Shown: positions 27,216 through 36,713, counted from the stretch's first letter. The stretch is DNA of 64,000 bases from Desulfosalsimonas sp. (GCF_046483245.1 NZ_JAWODO010000041.1:3836-67835), one strand, 5' to 3'. The notes: generated by a model not told the origin, from the sequence alone. Program-made: numbers and translations.

Positions 27216-28720
27216 TAACTTGAATTTCTCAAATCCGCTTTTTTCGTTCACGATCCTTTCAGGATTTACCATAAACTTTCACGGAAAACAAACTGTCTTT
27301 TACATTCACGAGCGAAGCAAGGCCTGAATTTTGGGTCATCCGGTAGATGCCGGGATAAACTGAAATTCCCAGATAGTTGATCGAAGTCTCAAGCACATCG
27401 GTCGGACCGGCGGCGGGCCGAGAATGGGCGCCACAAAGAGGCTCGTCGGAGGGGCGCCGCCGCAGCCGACCGGTGTGCGGTGTCTGATATTGAATAATTC
27501 GTTGCCCCGTGTTTGCGGCTGCAGCCGCAGGCATGGGGGTTTGTTTTTTAGCCCTGATTGTCTGGTTCTCTGCTCCAGCTTTGTCCCTGACAAAACACAG
27601 ACACACTCATACATCGCACACTTCACACACACATCAAATCAGGGGCTATTCCGATCAAAGGGCAAAAAAAGGAAGATTGTGCTTGACTGATCCGAAAAAA
27701 CGGTAATCCGGAAAAAGTGGAGACCAAAAAGCCCGGCTGCCAGCCCTTTTCTTGCGACACACAACTACACCGCAGACCGTTTTTTAAAGGCGAAAGTCAC
27801 AGCGCAATACACTTTTTTTACATCCTGAATCCCTCAGTTCCTTTAAAGGAATTTGATTGTTCCGGCTGATCGGAATTGTTTTCGGTCAAAAGATTTTTCT
27901 TCCTATTGTGGTGGATTATAGGGTCCAGTGATAATTCATTCCTGCCCGGCGCGTTGCCTTCCCCACGGATAATATCTGTAAGTCCTGTATCCGGAAACCG
28001 ATTGTTTGCTTGGTTTCATGCGCCGAATCCGCTGCGTGTTGGGGTGCTTGCACCTTCCGTCTTCTTCAACCGGCGAAACCTTAATGACAGAACCGTCATC
28101 AAGGGGCCACTGCCCCGAGCCGGCCTCGCCGAAGTTTTGCTGGCCGACCTTGCGCAGGGCAAGCAGGGCCTGCCGGAGGCTCATTCCCGGGCGGATGGGG
28201 CTTTGACGCCGTTTTCCGGGAGGTTGTCGGTTTTGCCGCAGTTGACAACAACTGCCTTGTCTGAAAGCATACGCCGTTCTTTTGTCTGTACTTTCACTTT
28301 TCTGCCGGTGAAATGATTGACTTTCTTTCACATATCAAAATCTGACCAGGGGCAAAACCTTATTTCCCATATAAGCATACAGACGATAAAAAATTCATTT
28401 TGTCCCAAGTATAGGTCCCATTATGTTTCTATTTTTTCCAGGGAACGGACCGTTTCAGCCGAGGCGTGATAAACCTCCGTGAAATCATAATGGCGGTCAT
28501 AATACCGGTGTAATCTGCCGATAGGCCCGGAACAGGTCATTGCGGATGAATGACAGGAGGGGAAAAGAAAATCTTGGTAATGTGCAAAAAGAAATTTTTG
28601 TCGGGGGGCATGTAACTGCTATGGTGCACCCCACGGAGGCAAATAGCCGCGAGGCATGATAGCCGCTATGGTGCATTTTTTAAAAATTGGATTTTTTTAT
28701 TTTTAAAATCAACAAAATAT

Positions 28721-28751
28721 TTGACGCCCCGGTTTTTTGGAGGCATATAAA
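28721..28751 (+). promoter_or_regulatory. Candidate promoter upstream of the island histidine kinase
   Basis: TTGACG (28721-28726), 17 nt, then CATATA (28744-28749), which overlaps TATAAA. It lies about 80 bp upstream of the ATG at 28829. Confidence 0.3.
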
Positions 28752-28828
28752 GATTCGTTTCATCGATTCATATGTGAAATGAATTCCTGCGTCTTTTTTG
28801 GTCTAATTCAAACCATGGTGTTACCAAA

Positions 28829-31015
28829 ATGACAAAAAACCTTCCTATTCGCTATAAATTGTTATTGTATTACACGATTTTGTTTACAGTATCACTTTCA
28901 TTGGGAAGTGTATTTACCTACATCCTCGTCCGGAATACAATCACCAAAAATATTGAAAGCGAACTAGAGCACACAACACAGGCCATTTTGAATATGGTGA
29001 AAACTTCTGCCGATGTATCCATCAAAAATCATCTGCGTGCCATCGCTGAGAAAAACGAAGAAATTGCGCAATACTACTACGATCAATACCAAGATGGCAA
29101 GATCTCCGAAGACAATGCCAAGCAGCTCACTACAAATCTGTTCCTGAACCAGACCATCGGTAAATCCGGTTATACCTACTGTCTCGACAGTTCCGGAGTG
29201 GTAGTGATTCATCCTGAAGAGGAACTGCTCAACACCAGTGTTGCCCAGCATGAGTTTATTCAGCGTCAAATTCAAGTGCTTGAAGGATATCTGGAATATC
29301 AGTGGAAAAACCCGAAAGAAAAACAGTTACGCCCAAAAGCGATGTATATGACTTATTTTGAACCTTGGGACTGGATAATTTCGGTCACATCCTACCGAAA
29401 AGAATTCAAGGATGTGGTGAATGTCAATGATTTCAAAGACAGTATATTAAAATTCCGGTTCGGCAAAACCGGATATTCTTTTGTAATCGATAGCACTGGA
29501 ACCGCAATCATCCATCCTAAACTCGAAGGCGTAAATGTATTAAATGACGATCAATTTTCCAACCAAACCCTGGAAGCAATGGTGAAAGAGAAAAAGGGCA
29601 AATACATTTATCCCTGGAAAAATCCCGATGAACCCAGGGAAAGACAAAAGCTCGTGATTTTCAATCATATTCCTGAATACGACTGGATGGTGGCCTCTTC
29701 AAGCTACCTGGACGAATTTTATCGTCCTCTGATGACTATCCGCTCCTTCATATTGTTAATAGCAGCAATTACGATTGTCCTGATTATCGCCCTTACTTTC
29801 AAGATCAGCGCGTCCATTACTAAGCCACTTAAAAAATTGACCAATCATTTTGATCAAATAGGCAGAACAAATTTTTCCATGCGCATGGAGTGGGATTCAA
29901 AAGACGAAATCGGCCAACTTGCTTCATACTTCAATGATTTCATGGAACAATTGGAACAATACAGCAATGATTTGAACGAGGAGATCAAACAACGTCGAAA
30001 AGCTGAAGCTGCGCTTCGTATGAGCCAAGAACGCTATCAATCAGTAATGGAGGCAACCCCTGATCCTATCGTTCTTTACAATATGAAAGGTGAAGTAATC
30101 TTTTTCAATCCTGCTTTTACGCGGGTATTTGGATGGCGATTGGAAGAATGCATCGGCCGGAAGATGGACTATTTCGTACCGGATGAAAACTGGCCCGAAA
30201 CCCGCAGTATGATAAAAAGAATTCGTTCGGGTGAAAGTCTGTCGTTTGTGGAATCCTGCCGGTTGAACAATCGGGGCGACATCGTTCCGGTAACAATAAG
30301 CGGGGCTACCTACAAGGACCCACAAGGCAATTTGGTTGGCAGCGTGATAATCTTGAGAGATATCACCAAAACGAAACGCCTTCGTAAACAAATTATGGAT
30401 ATATCTGAGAATGAACGTCAAAAATTCGGCCAATGTCTCCACGACGACCTAAGCCCACACATGATAGGAGTACAAGGTCTATGCACCGTCCTGGAAACAA
30501 ACCTAAAGGAGGAATCCTCCAATCACGCTCAATTGGCAGCGAAAATAACGGTTTTGGTAAGCAATGCCATTAAAAAAATCAGGGCACTATCCAGGGGGCT
30601 TTGCCCGGTACATCTTGTCTCCCATGGTCTTTTTTCAGCATTGGAAGATCTTGCTGCCAGAACTGAAGATACTGCCGGCATTCGAGTTCTGTTCAAAGGG
30701 AATGGGACGTTTCACTTCAGTGATAATATTGTCGCAACTCATCTGTATTTTATCGCACAAGAAGCCGTGACAAACGCAATCAAACATTCCAATGCAGACG
30801 AAATCATTATTGAACTTTCAGGGGATCAGGGAAAAATGCAACTTTCGATTTCCGATAATGGAAATGGCTTTGAGAAAAATGAATCCCTCCCGGGAATTGG
30901 CTTGCAAATTATGGAATACCGGGTGAGAATAAGTGGTGCAACGATGCGAATCATTACCAAAAAAGAACACGGTACGATTATTCGTGTTTTATTAAATACG
31001 GTGCAAAACGGATAA
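28829..31015 (+). CDS. Sensor histidine kinase: TM, double Cache, TM, HAMP, PAS, HisKA_3, HATPase
   Basis: Two Cache-like repeats ('GYTYCLDSSGVVVIHP...WDWIISVTSY' and 'GYSFVIDSTGTAIIHP...YDWMVASSSY'), HAMP 'ITKPLKKLTNHF...DEIGQLASYFNDF', a PAS region, H-box 'LHDDLSPHM', and N and G boxes at the C-terminus. Confidence 0.9.
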   Translation: MTKNLPIRYKLLLYYTILFTVSLSLGSVFTYILVRNTITKNIESELEHTTQAILNMVKTSADVSIKNHLRAIAEKNEEIAQYYYDQYQDGKISEDNAKQLTTNLFLNQTIGKSGYTYCLDSSGVVVIHPEEELLNTSVAQHEFIQRQIQVLEGYLEYQWKNPKEKQLRPKAMYMTYFEPWDWIISVTSYRKEFKDVVNVNDFKDSILKFRFGKTGYSFVIDSTGTAIIHPKLEGVNVLNDDQFSNQTLEAMVKEKKGKYIYPWKNPDEPRERQKLVIFNHIPEYDWMVASSSYLDEFYRPLMTIRSFILLIAAITIVLIIALTFKISASITKPLKKLTNHFDQIGRTNFSMRMEWDSKDEIGQLASYFNDFMEQLEQYSNDLNEEIKQRRKAEAALRMSQERYQSVMEATPDPIVLYNMKGEVIFFNPAFTRVFGWRLEECIGRKMDYFVPDENWPETRSMIKRIRSGESLSFVESCRLNNRGDIVPVTISGATYKDPQGNLVGSVIILRDITKTKRLRKQIMDISENERQKFGQCLHDDLSPHMIGVQGLCTVLETNLKEESSNHAQLAAKITVLVSNAIKKIRALSRGLCPVHLVSHGLFSALEDLAARTEDTAGIRVLFKGNGTFHFSDNIVATHLYFIAQEAVTNAIKHSNADEIIIELSGDQGKMQLSISDNGNGFEKNESLPGIGLQIMEYRVRISGATMRIITKKEHGTIIRVLLNTVQNG

Positions 31016-31029
31016 AGTAAGCCTGCCTT

Positions 31030-31704
31030 ATGAATAAACACCAGGAAAAAAAACGAGTCACAATCTTCATCGTGGATGATCATCCAGTATTTTGCCTTGG
31101 AATGACCGAACTAATAAACAAGGAAAAGGACCTGCAGGTCATTGGCAGTGAGGAAAACGCTCAAATTGCCATCCAAGAGATTGAGAATCAAAAACCTGAT
31201 TTCGTGATTGTAGATATTTCCTTAAAAGACAGTGACGGCATCGACCTGGTCCAGGAACTCAATAGAAGTTATCAGGATCTGCCAGTGCTGGTACTTTCCA
31301 TGTACGATGAGTCGCTTTATGCCGAAAGGGCAATGCTGGCAGGCGCACGTGGATACATAATGAAACAGGAAGCAATACCTGTTGTCGTCAAGGCCATTCG
31401 GCATGTTCTTGCCGGAAATATTTACGCCAGTGAAAAGATAAAAGAAAAAGTATTCCAGCGTCTGGTTACAAAAAAAAAGAAACTTGAGAATAACTTTTCA
31501 CTGGACCTGCTCTCCAACCGGGAACTGGAAGTTTTCCGTCTTACCGGCAAAGGTTTTTCAACAAAGGAAATTGCCGAACAGATGAACCTTTCCCCTAAAA
31601 CAATCGGAACATACCGCGAAAATATAAAGAATAAACTTGACCTTAAACATTACACTGAACTGATCAAATTTGCCGTTCACTGGTCACAGAAAATCGAGTT
31701 TTAG
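31030..31704 (+). CDS. Response regulator, NarL/LuxR family (REC plus LuxR HTH)
   Basis: 'IFIVDDHP', phospho-acceptor 'VIVDISLKDSDG', and 'LSNRELEVFRLTGKGFSTKEIAEQMNLSPKTIGTYRENI'. Confidence 0.92.
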   Translation: MNKHQEKKRVTIFIVDDHPVFCLGMTELINKEKDLQVIGSEENAQIAIQEIENQKPDFVIVDISLKDSDGIDLVQELNRSYQDLPVLVLSMYDESLYAERAMLAGARGYIMKQEAIPVVVKAIRHVLAGNIYASEKIKEKVFQRLVTKKKKLENNFSLDLLSNRELEVFRLTGKGFSTKEIAEQMNLSPKTIGTYRENIKNKLDLKHYTELIKFAVHWSQKIEF

Positions 31705-32041
31705 GTGTAATTCTCACCAAAAGCCCTGATTATATTTTTGGGCGCTGAAGTATCAATATCTACCTGCTTTCGAAAAAATCCCATCCGCGACAAGTCTCGT
31801 AGTTTACGTGTTGCAGTACCCCTGTTTTTATCCCGTCATGCACATAACTCTCTTTTACTGCATAGGCTTAAAACCTAAACAAAGCACCCGGTAAAAGCCT
31901 ACCCGCTATCAGCTTTTCTGCAATTGCATTTTCGGCCATGGGCCTATTGTTTAATGATTTTGCATTGACTAATCTATACCATCAATTAGTCCAACTGCAA
32001 TCCGATTGAACACAAAATACCAATTAAACAGGAGGTAGGCA

Positions 32042-33652
32042 ATGGCAAACCGTTCAGTTTGTAAGCATCTGCTTAGTCCAGTCAATTTTCTTTATCGAAG
32101 TGCGTCGGTTTTTCCGGAAAAGACCGCGGTCATCAACGGACCAAAGCGTTATACTTACGCCCAGTTCCAGGAAAGGGTGTTTCGGTTCGCCAATGCTCTT
32201 TTGAAAAGTGGCATCCGCAAAGGGGATAAAGTAGGTTTTATTTGCCCCAACATCCCCCCGATGCTCGAGGCCCATTACGCAGTACCCATGATCGGGGCAA
32301 CTCTGGTGGCTATCAACATCCGTCTTTCTTCCGGAGAAATTGAATATATCATCAACCACTCAGATGCAAAAGCCCTGTTTGTAGACAATGAGTTTGCCCC
32401 CACTGTTTTGCCGGTGATCGATAAATTGCCGCATATCGATCTGTTGGTCAACATCTGCGATGCAAGCAATGAAATGCCATTGGATGGTCCCGATTATGAG
32501 ACATTTATCGGATTGAGTTCACCCGATCCGGTGGAAAATGCCATCGAGGATGAATACGATGTGGCAACGATCAACTATACTTCGGGTACCACCGGGCAGC
32601 CCAAAGGAGTCATGTACCATCACCGCGGGGCTTACCTGAATGCCATCGGCGAGCAGTTGGAATTCCACACGGATGATCAATCTGTTTACCTGTGGACTCT
32701 CCCCATGTTCCATTGCAACGGCTGGTGTTTCACCTGGGGCATTACGGCTGTTGGGGCAACCCACGTATGTCTGCGCAAAGTGGTCCCGGAAGAAATCTAC
32801 AAAACAATCAAGGCCGAAGACATTACTCATCTGTGTGCCGCACCGACGGTATTGATCGGCATGTCTGCCTATGCCATCGAAAACCAGATCCGGTTAGACC
32901 ATCGCCTTGAAATCATGACTGCAGGTGCCCCCCCGGCTCCTACGGTAATACAGAACATGGAAAGCGTCGGCGCCAATATAACCCAGACCTATGGCCTCAC
33001 AGAAGTTTTCGGGCCCCATAGCGTATGCCAGTGGCAAACGGCATGGGATGATCTAAGCCCCGACAAAAAAGCCGTTTACAAGGCCCGCCAGGGCGTTCCC
33101 TTTATTGTCGCCGAACACATGGATGTTGTTGATCCCGACACCATGGAGTCTGTACCGCGCGATGGAAAAACCATGGGCGAAATTGTTATGCGGGGAAATA
33201 ATGTCATGCTGGGCTACTACAAGGACCCCGAGGCAACCGAGGAGGCGTTCAGGGGTGGGTGGTTTCATAGCGGCGATTTGGCTGTCATGCATCCGGACAA
33301 TTACGTGCAGATCATGGATCGCAAAAAGGATGTGATCATCAGCGGAGGTGAAAATATTTCAACGGTCGAGGTAGAAAACGTATTGTACAAGCACCCGGGC
33401 GTCATGGAAGTCGCGGTAGTCCCGATCCCCGACGAGAAATGGGGCGAAGTGCCGAAGGCTTTCGTCGTGCCACAACCCGGGTCGACACCGGACGCGGAAT
33501 CGATCATCGCGTTCTGCAAAGAGCATCTGGCCCGGTTCAAGGCGCCAAAGGTCGTCGAGTTTGGAGAACTGCCGAAAACAGCTACCGGCAAAATCCAAAA
33601 GTATAAATTGCGTGAAAAAGAATGGCAGGGTCGTGAGCGGAAGGTCAATTAA
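32042..33652 (+). CDS. AMP-forming acyl-CoA synthetase/ligase (short/medium-chain or aromatic acid type)
   Basis: 'INYTSGTTGQPKGV', 'GLTE', 'GWFHSGDLA' and 'PKTATGKIQK'. A strong GGAGG RBS precedes the start. Confidence 0.9.
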   Translation: MANRSVCKHLLSPVNFLYRSASVFPEKTAVINGPKRYTYAQFQERVFRFANALLKSGIRKGDKVGFICPNIPPMLEAHYAVPMIGATLVAINIRLSSGEIEYIINHSDAKALFVDNEFAPTVLPVIDKLPHIDLLVNICDASNEMPLDGPDYETFIGLSSPDPVENAIEDEYDVATINYTSGTTGQPKGVMYHHRGAYLNAIGEQLEFHTDDQSVYLWTLPMFHCNGWCFTWGITAVGATHVCLRKVVPEEIYKTIKAEDITHLCAAPTVLIGMSAYAIENQIRLDHRLEIMTAGAPPAPTVIQNMESVGANITQTYGLTEVFGPHSVCQWQTAWDDLSPDKKAVYKARQGVPFIVAEHMDVVDPDTMESVPRDGKTMGEIVMRGNNVMLGYYKDPEATEEAFRGGWFHSGDLAVMHPDNYVQIMDRKKDVIISGGENISTVEVENVLYKHPGVMEVAVVPIPDEKWGEVPKAFVVPQPGSTPDAESIIAFCKEHLARFKAPKVVEFGELPKTATGKIQKYKLREKEWQGRERKVN

Positions 33653-33704
33653 GGCCTCTGCTTAATCAAATGAATCTTAAAAGAACAAACAAAAAGGAGA
33701 TACC

Positions 33705-35075
33705 ATGTCATTTTCGTTGTATAAGCGCAAGGAAGGCGAAGAGCAGCCTTATTGGCCTTTTGGCCCCTTTAAAATCAGGCTGCCCCTGATTCACTATCGA
33801 TGGGAATGGATTGAATTCTTCCAGGCCTTGATCCTTTTTGTCGTGAGCCTGGCCATGATTCCACTACTTGAAAAATACCTGGGTCTGCCATATGAAATAG
33901 CCTTGGCTTATGTCTTCGTTTGTGGCATCGGGTTTATGCTCCCGGCATTCCTCGGGGTTCCCATGGTGCCGGGATGGATCACGCCGGCCATTCCTGTGGT
34001 CCTGCTGTATTTATCCCAGTTTGAACCCGGCCCGGAAGCGATCCAGGCGCTGGTCGCTCTCCAGCTGCTCGTGGCAGCGATTTTCCTTTTACTCGGTATC
34101 ACCAAGCTGAGCAGTCGGATCGTTAGAAATGTTCCGTCGTCCATCAAGGCCGGAATCCTGCTGGGGGCCGGAGTGGCTGCTTTAATGGGCGAACTGGAGA
34201 TAGGAGGCCGCATTACCAATACCCCTATTGCCCTTGGACTCGGATCATTGCTCTGTTTCTACATGCTCTTTTCCATTTCATTTTTGAAGCTGAGGCAGAC
34301 AAATCAAATTGCCCGTATTTTAGGCAAATTTGGTATGGTTCCCGCCATGGTGTTTGCCATCGGAATCGGCATGTTGGTCAGAGAATACCCCCTGCCGGAT
34401 ATTGAATTCGGCATCACGATCCCCGCATTTAAAGAGATGTGGGGGTACCTGCCGTTTATGGTTGGATTTCCCACGGCAGATATGTTTATAAAGGCGATTC
34501 CAACCGCCATTATCGCCTATATCATTGCATTCGGAGATATCATTGTCGGTACTGTACTGGTCCATACCGCCTCTGCCGAAGCACGCCCGGATGAGAAGGT
34601 GGATACCGGCGCTGATCGTATTCACCTGGTTACCGGTCTGCGCAATGTTATCCATTCCTTATTCGCGCCTTACCCGGGACTGGCAGGACCGATCTGGACG
34701 GCAGTTACCGCAACAGTGGCTGACCGGTACCGACAGGGACGTCAAGCCATGGATTCGATCACCAGCGGAAGCGGAACCTTCTGGGTGGCCGGATTCCTTG
34801 CCCTGTTCATCCTGCCGTTGGTCAGCTTTTTTAAACCTTTTCTGCCCATCGGCCTCTCTTTGACCCTGGTGGTGACCGGCTATTTATGCATCATCACCGC
34901 TTTTAAACAGGTCGAGACGCCGGCCGAACTCGGCGTTGCCGGCACCATGGCTGTCGTCCTTGCCATGCATGGCGCTGCATGGGGATTGGGTGTCGGTATT
35001 GTTCTGCACATTATTTTGGAAAGGAGACTCTCCCTGATTCCAGACAAGCCCGATGTAGAACCAGCAAAGAATTAA
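33705..35075 (+). CDS. Polytopic inner-membrane protein, putative transporter/permease (family not recognised)
   Basis: 456 aa with at least 10 hydrophobic segments and a good RBS (AAAGGAGA). It starts 53 bp after the acyl-CoA synthetase. Confidence 0.6.
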   Translation: MSFSLYKRKEGEEQPYWPFGPFKIRLPLIHYRWEWIEFFQALILFVVSLAMIPLLEKYLGLPYEIALAYVFVCGIGFMLPAFLGVPMVPGWITPAIPVVLLYLSQFEPGPEAIQALVALQLLVAAIFLLLGITKLSSRIVRNVPSSIKAGILLGAGVAALMGELEIGGRITNTPIALGLGSLLCFYMLFSISFLKLRQTNQIARILGKFGMVPAMVFAIGIGMLVREYPLPDIEFGITIPAFKEMWGYLPFMVGFPTADMFIKAIPTAIIAYIIAFGDIIVGTVLVHTASAEARPDEKVDTGADRIHLVTGLRNVIHSLFAPYPGLAGPIWTAVTATVADRYRQGRQAMDSITSGSGTFWVAGFLALFILPLVSFFKPFLPIGLSLTLVVTGYLCIITAFKQVETPAELGVAGTMAVVLAMHGAAWGLGVGIVLHIILERRLSLIPDKPDVEPAKN

Positions 35076-35268
35076 CAAAACAGCACAAAAGCTCTTGCCG
35101 GTCTCCACCCCTTTCCCATAATTGCCTTGGATCTGGCAAGGGCTTTACAGAATGTCATCCACCTTCAATGGTACTCCCAAATCCGGGAACAATGGGCATT
35201 CAGTTTGGTAGCCTTAAATTGTCTTCATTAATTTTTCAAGGACTATGGCACGAACAAAGGGAGGATGC

Positions 35269-35793
35269 ATGAAAATCAAACCCGTTCAGATTAAAAAAAT
35301 TCTCTATACCACAGATTTTTCGGACACATCCCTGTACGCTTATTCCTATGCGGTCAGCCTGGCCAATCTTTATAGGGCCAGTATTACCGTGTTGCATGTA
35401 ATCACGGACCCTATAAACATAGAGGCACAGCTTTCCGGTCTCCTGCCGGAAGACCAGTGGGCGGCTATCAAGAACCGCCACATCGAGGAAGCCAGGGAAA
35501 CACTTCTGGAGAAACGTCGCGACAACGTGATAATCCACGAAACACTGAACCAGTTCACGGAAAACGTCAAGGCTGAAAACCGCACTTCAAAAGCGGCTGC
35601 AAACGACGAAGTAGTTGTATTGTGGGGCGAGCCAGTGGATAAAATCCTGAAGGTTTCCGAGGAGGGCGGGTGCGACCTGATCATCATGGGAACGCACGGC
35701 CACGGCCTTCTCGATAGCCTGCTGGGAACGACAGCCAAAAAAGTGCTCCGCAAGTCCATGATTCCAGTATTGACGGTGCGTCTGCCCGATTAA
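35269..35793 (+). CDS. Universal stress protein (UspA family)
   Basis: 'KKILYTTDFSDTS', 'ITVLHV' and 'DLIIMGTHGHGLLDSLLGTTAKKVLRKSMIPVLTV'. The ATG is preceded by AAGGGAGGA. Confidence 0.85.
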   Translation: MKIKPVQIKKILYTTDFSDTSLYAYSYAVSLANLYRASITVLHVITDPINIEAQLSGLLPEDQWAAIKNRHIEEARETLLEKRRDNVIIHETLNQFTENVKAENRTSKAAANDEVVVLWGEPVDKILKVSEEGGCDLIIMGTHGHGLLDSLLGTTAKKVLRKSMIPVLTVRLPD

Positions 35794-36025
35794 ATCATCC
35801 TGAATTCTCCGCGCTGCCGGAAATGCACAAAGAATCCGGCTGCGCAGACCAAACATGCATTACCTTGGAACGCTGTCTGTTGCGGCAGCAATTCACGGTT
35901 ATTACCGATCTATTGCCTGAACGAAAACCAGCGTTTTACATGACCATCATAGTTGACACGTCACCTCTTTTCATACATACCATAATAATTACCTTGGAGT
36001 GAATTCTATCCAGGGAGGAGTATGC

Positions 36026-36633
36026 ATGAAAGGGCCAATCCATTTAAGAAAAGATGTAACTGATCCGTGGTGGTAAGTTGTTTGGTATGATCCGAGAACC
36101 GACAAAAGAGCCAGGATTTCAAGATATATGGATCGCAGCCGCATGTATCAGACGCACCCGAACACGGAAAAAGATTTCGGGCGCAAACAGGTCGAAAAGC
36201 TCTTGGCTCAGATGCAATCCGATGTTGAGCGTGGGGTGTTCCGACTTGAACGGTACACCGGAATCCAGCGCACCGATGTCGATCAATTTTATCAGGAATG
36301 GATGGATGAAGTAATCAAGAGGAATTTGAAGCCGGGGACATACAAAGCATATCACTTAGAAATATCTGGTATAAAGCCTGCGACGATGCGGGAATACCGA
36401 GAAAGTGGGTTTATCAGTCAACCAAGCACACGAGCTGCGCGCATTTTATTGAGGACGGCGGGACTGTGGATGAACTTCAGATGTTGACTGATCATGCCAG
36501 GTGCGATTCAGTTACCGTGTATGCAGAGGTAACACTTGAGCGGAAACGGGCTTTAATGGAAAAACATGAAAACGTGGTGGATTTTGAGGAACTTTCACGG
36601 AACTTTCACGGAATCGGAAAAGGCAAAAAATAA
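36026..36633 (+). pseudogene. Tyrosine recombinase (phage-type integrase) remnant with an in-frame stop, an internal deletion and a frame change
   Basis: N-terminal piece 'MKGPIHLRKDVTDPWW*VVWYDPRTDKRARISRY...QFYQEWMDEVIKRNLKPGTYKAYH' has a TAA at 36074-36076. C-terminal piece, in another frame, reads 'WYKACDDAGIPRKWVYQSTKHTSCAHFIEDGGTVDELQMLTDHARCDSVTVYAEV' (H...DH...Y catalytic-tail pattern). The central catalytic region is missing. Confidence 0.7.
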
Positions 36634-36669
36634 TAGAGTAAAAACGAAGGGTTATACTCAAAGGCACAA

Positions 36670-36713
36670 GTTCGATTCCCATGCACTTCCGCCATTTTTA
36701 TTTGTTTTTTCAG
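36670..36713 (+). repeat. attR-like copy of the 44-bp direct repeat (orphan 3' fragment of tRNA-Sec)
   Basis: Identical to 27172..27215. Sequence 5' of it has no similarity to the rest of the tRNA. Confidence 0.9.

Larger units (their letters stand above)
27172..36713. mobile_element. Integrated genomic island at tRNA-Sec, probably immobilised because its integrase has decayed
   Basis: Perfect 44-bp direct repeats flank the region, a tyrosine-integrase remnant abuts the distal repeat, and cargo codon usage is visibly AT-richer than the flanks. Confidence 0.72.

Noticed and set aside
35915-35930. 16-mer TGCCTGAACGAAAACC shared with 43370-43385, plus related GAACGAAAA(C/A) copies near 27241-27253 and 43494-43506
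   Set aside because: For a 64-kb window searched on both strands, about one chance 16-mer match is expected. The flanks do not align and the copies sit in unrelated contexts. I treat this as coincidence unless a genome-wide count shows enrichment.
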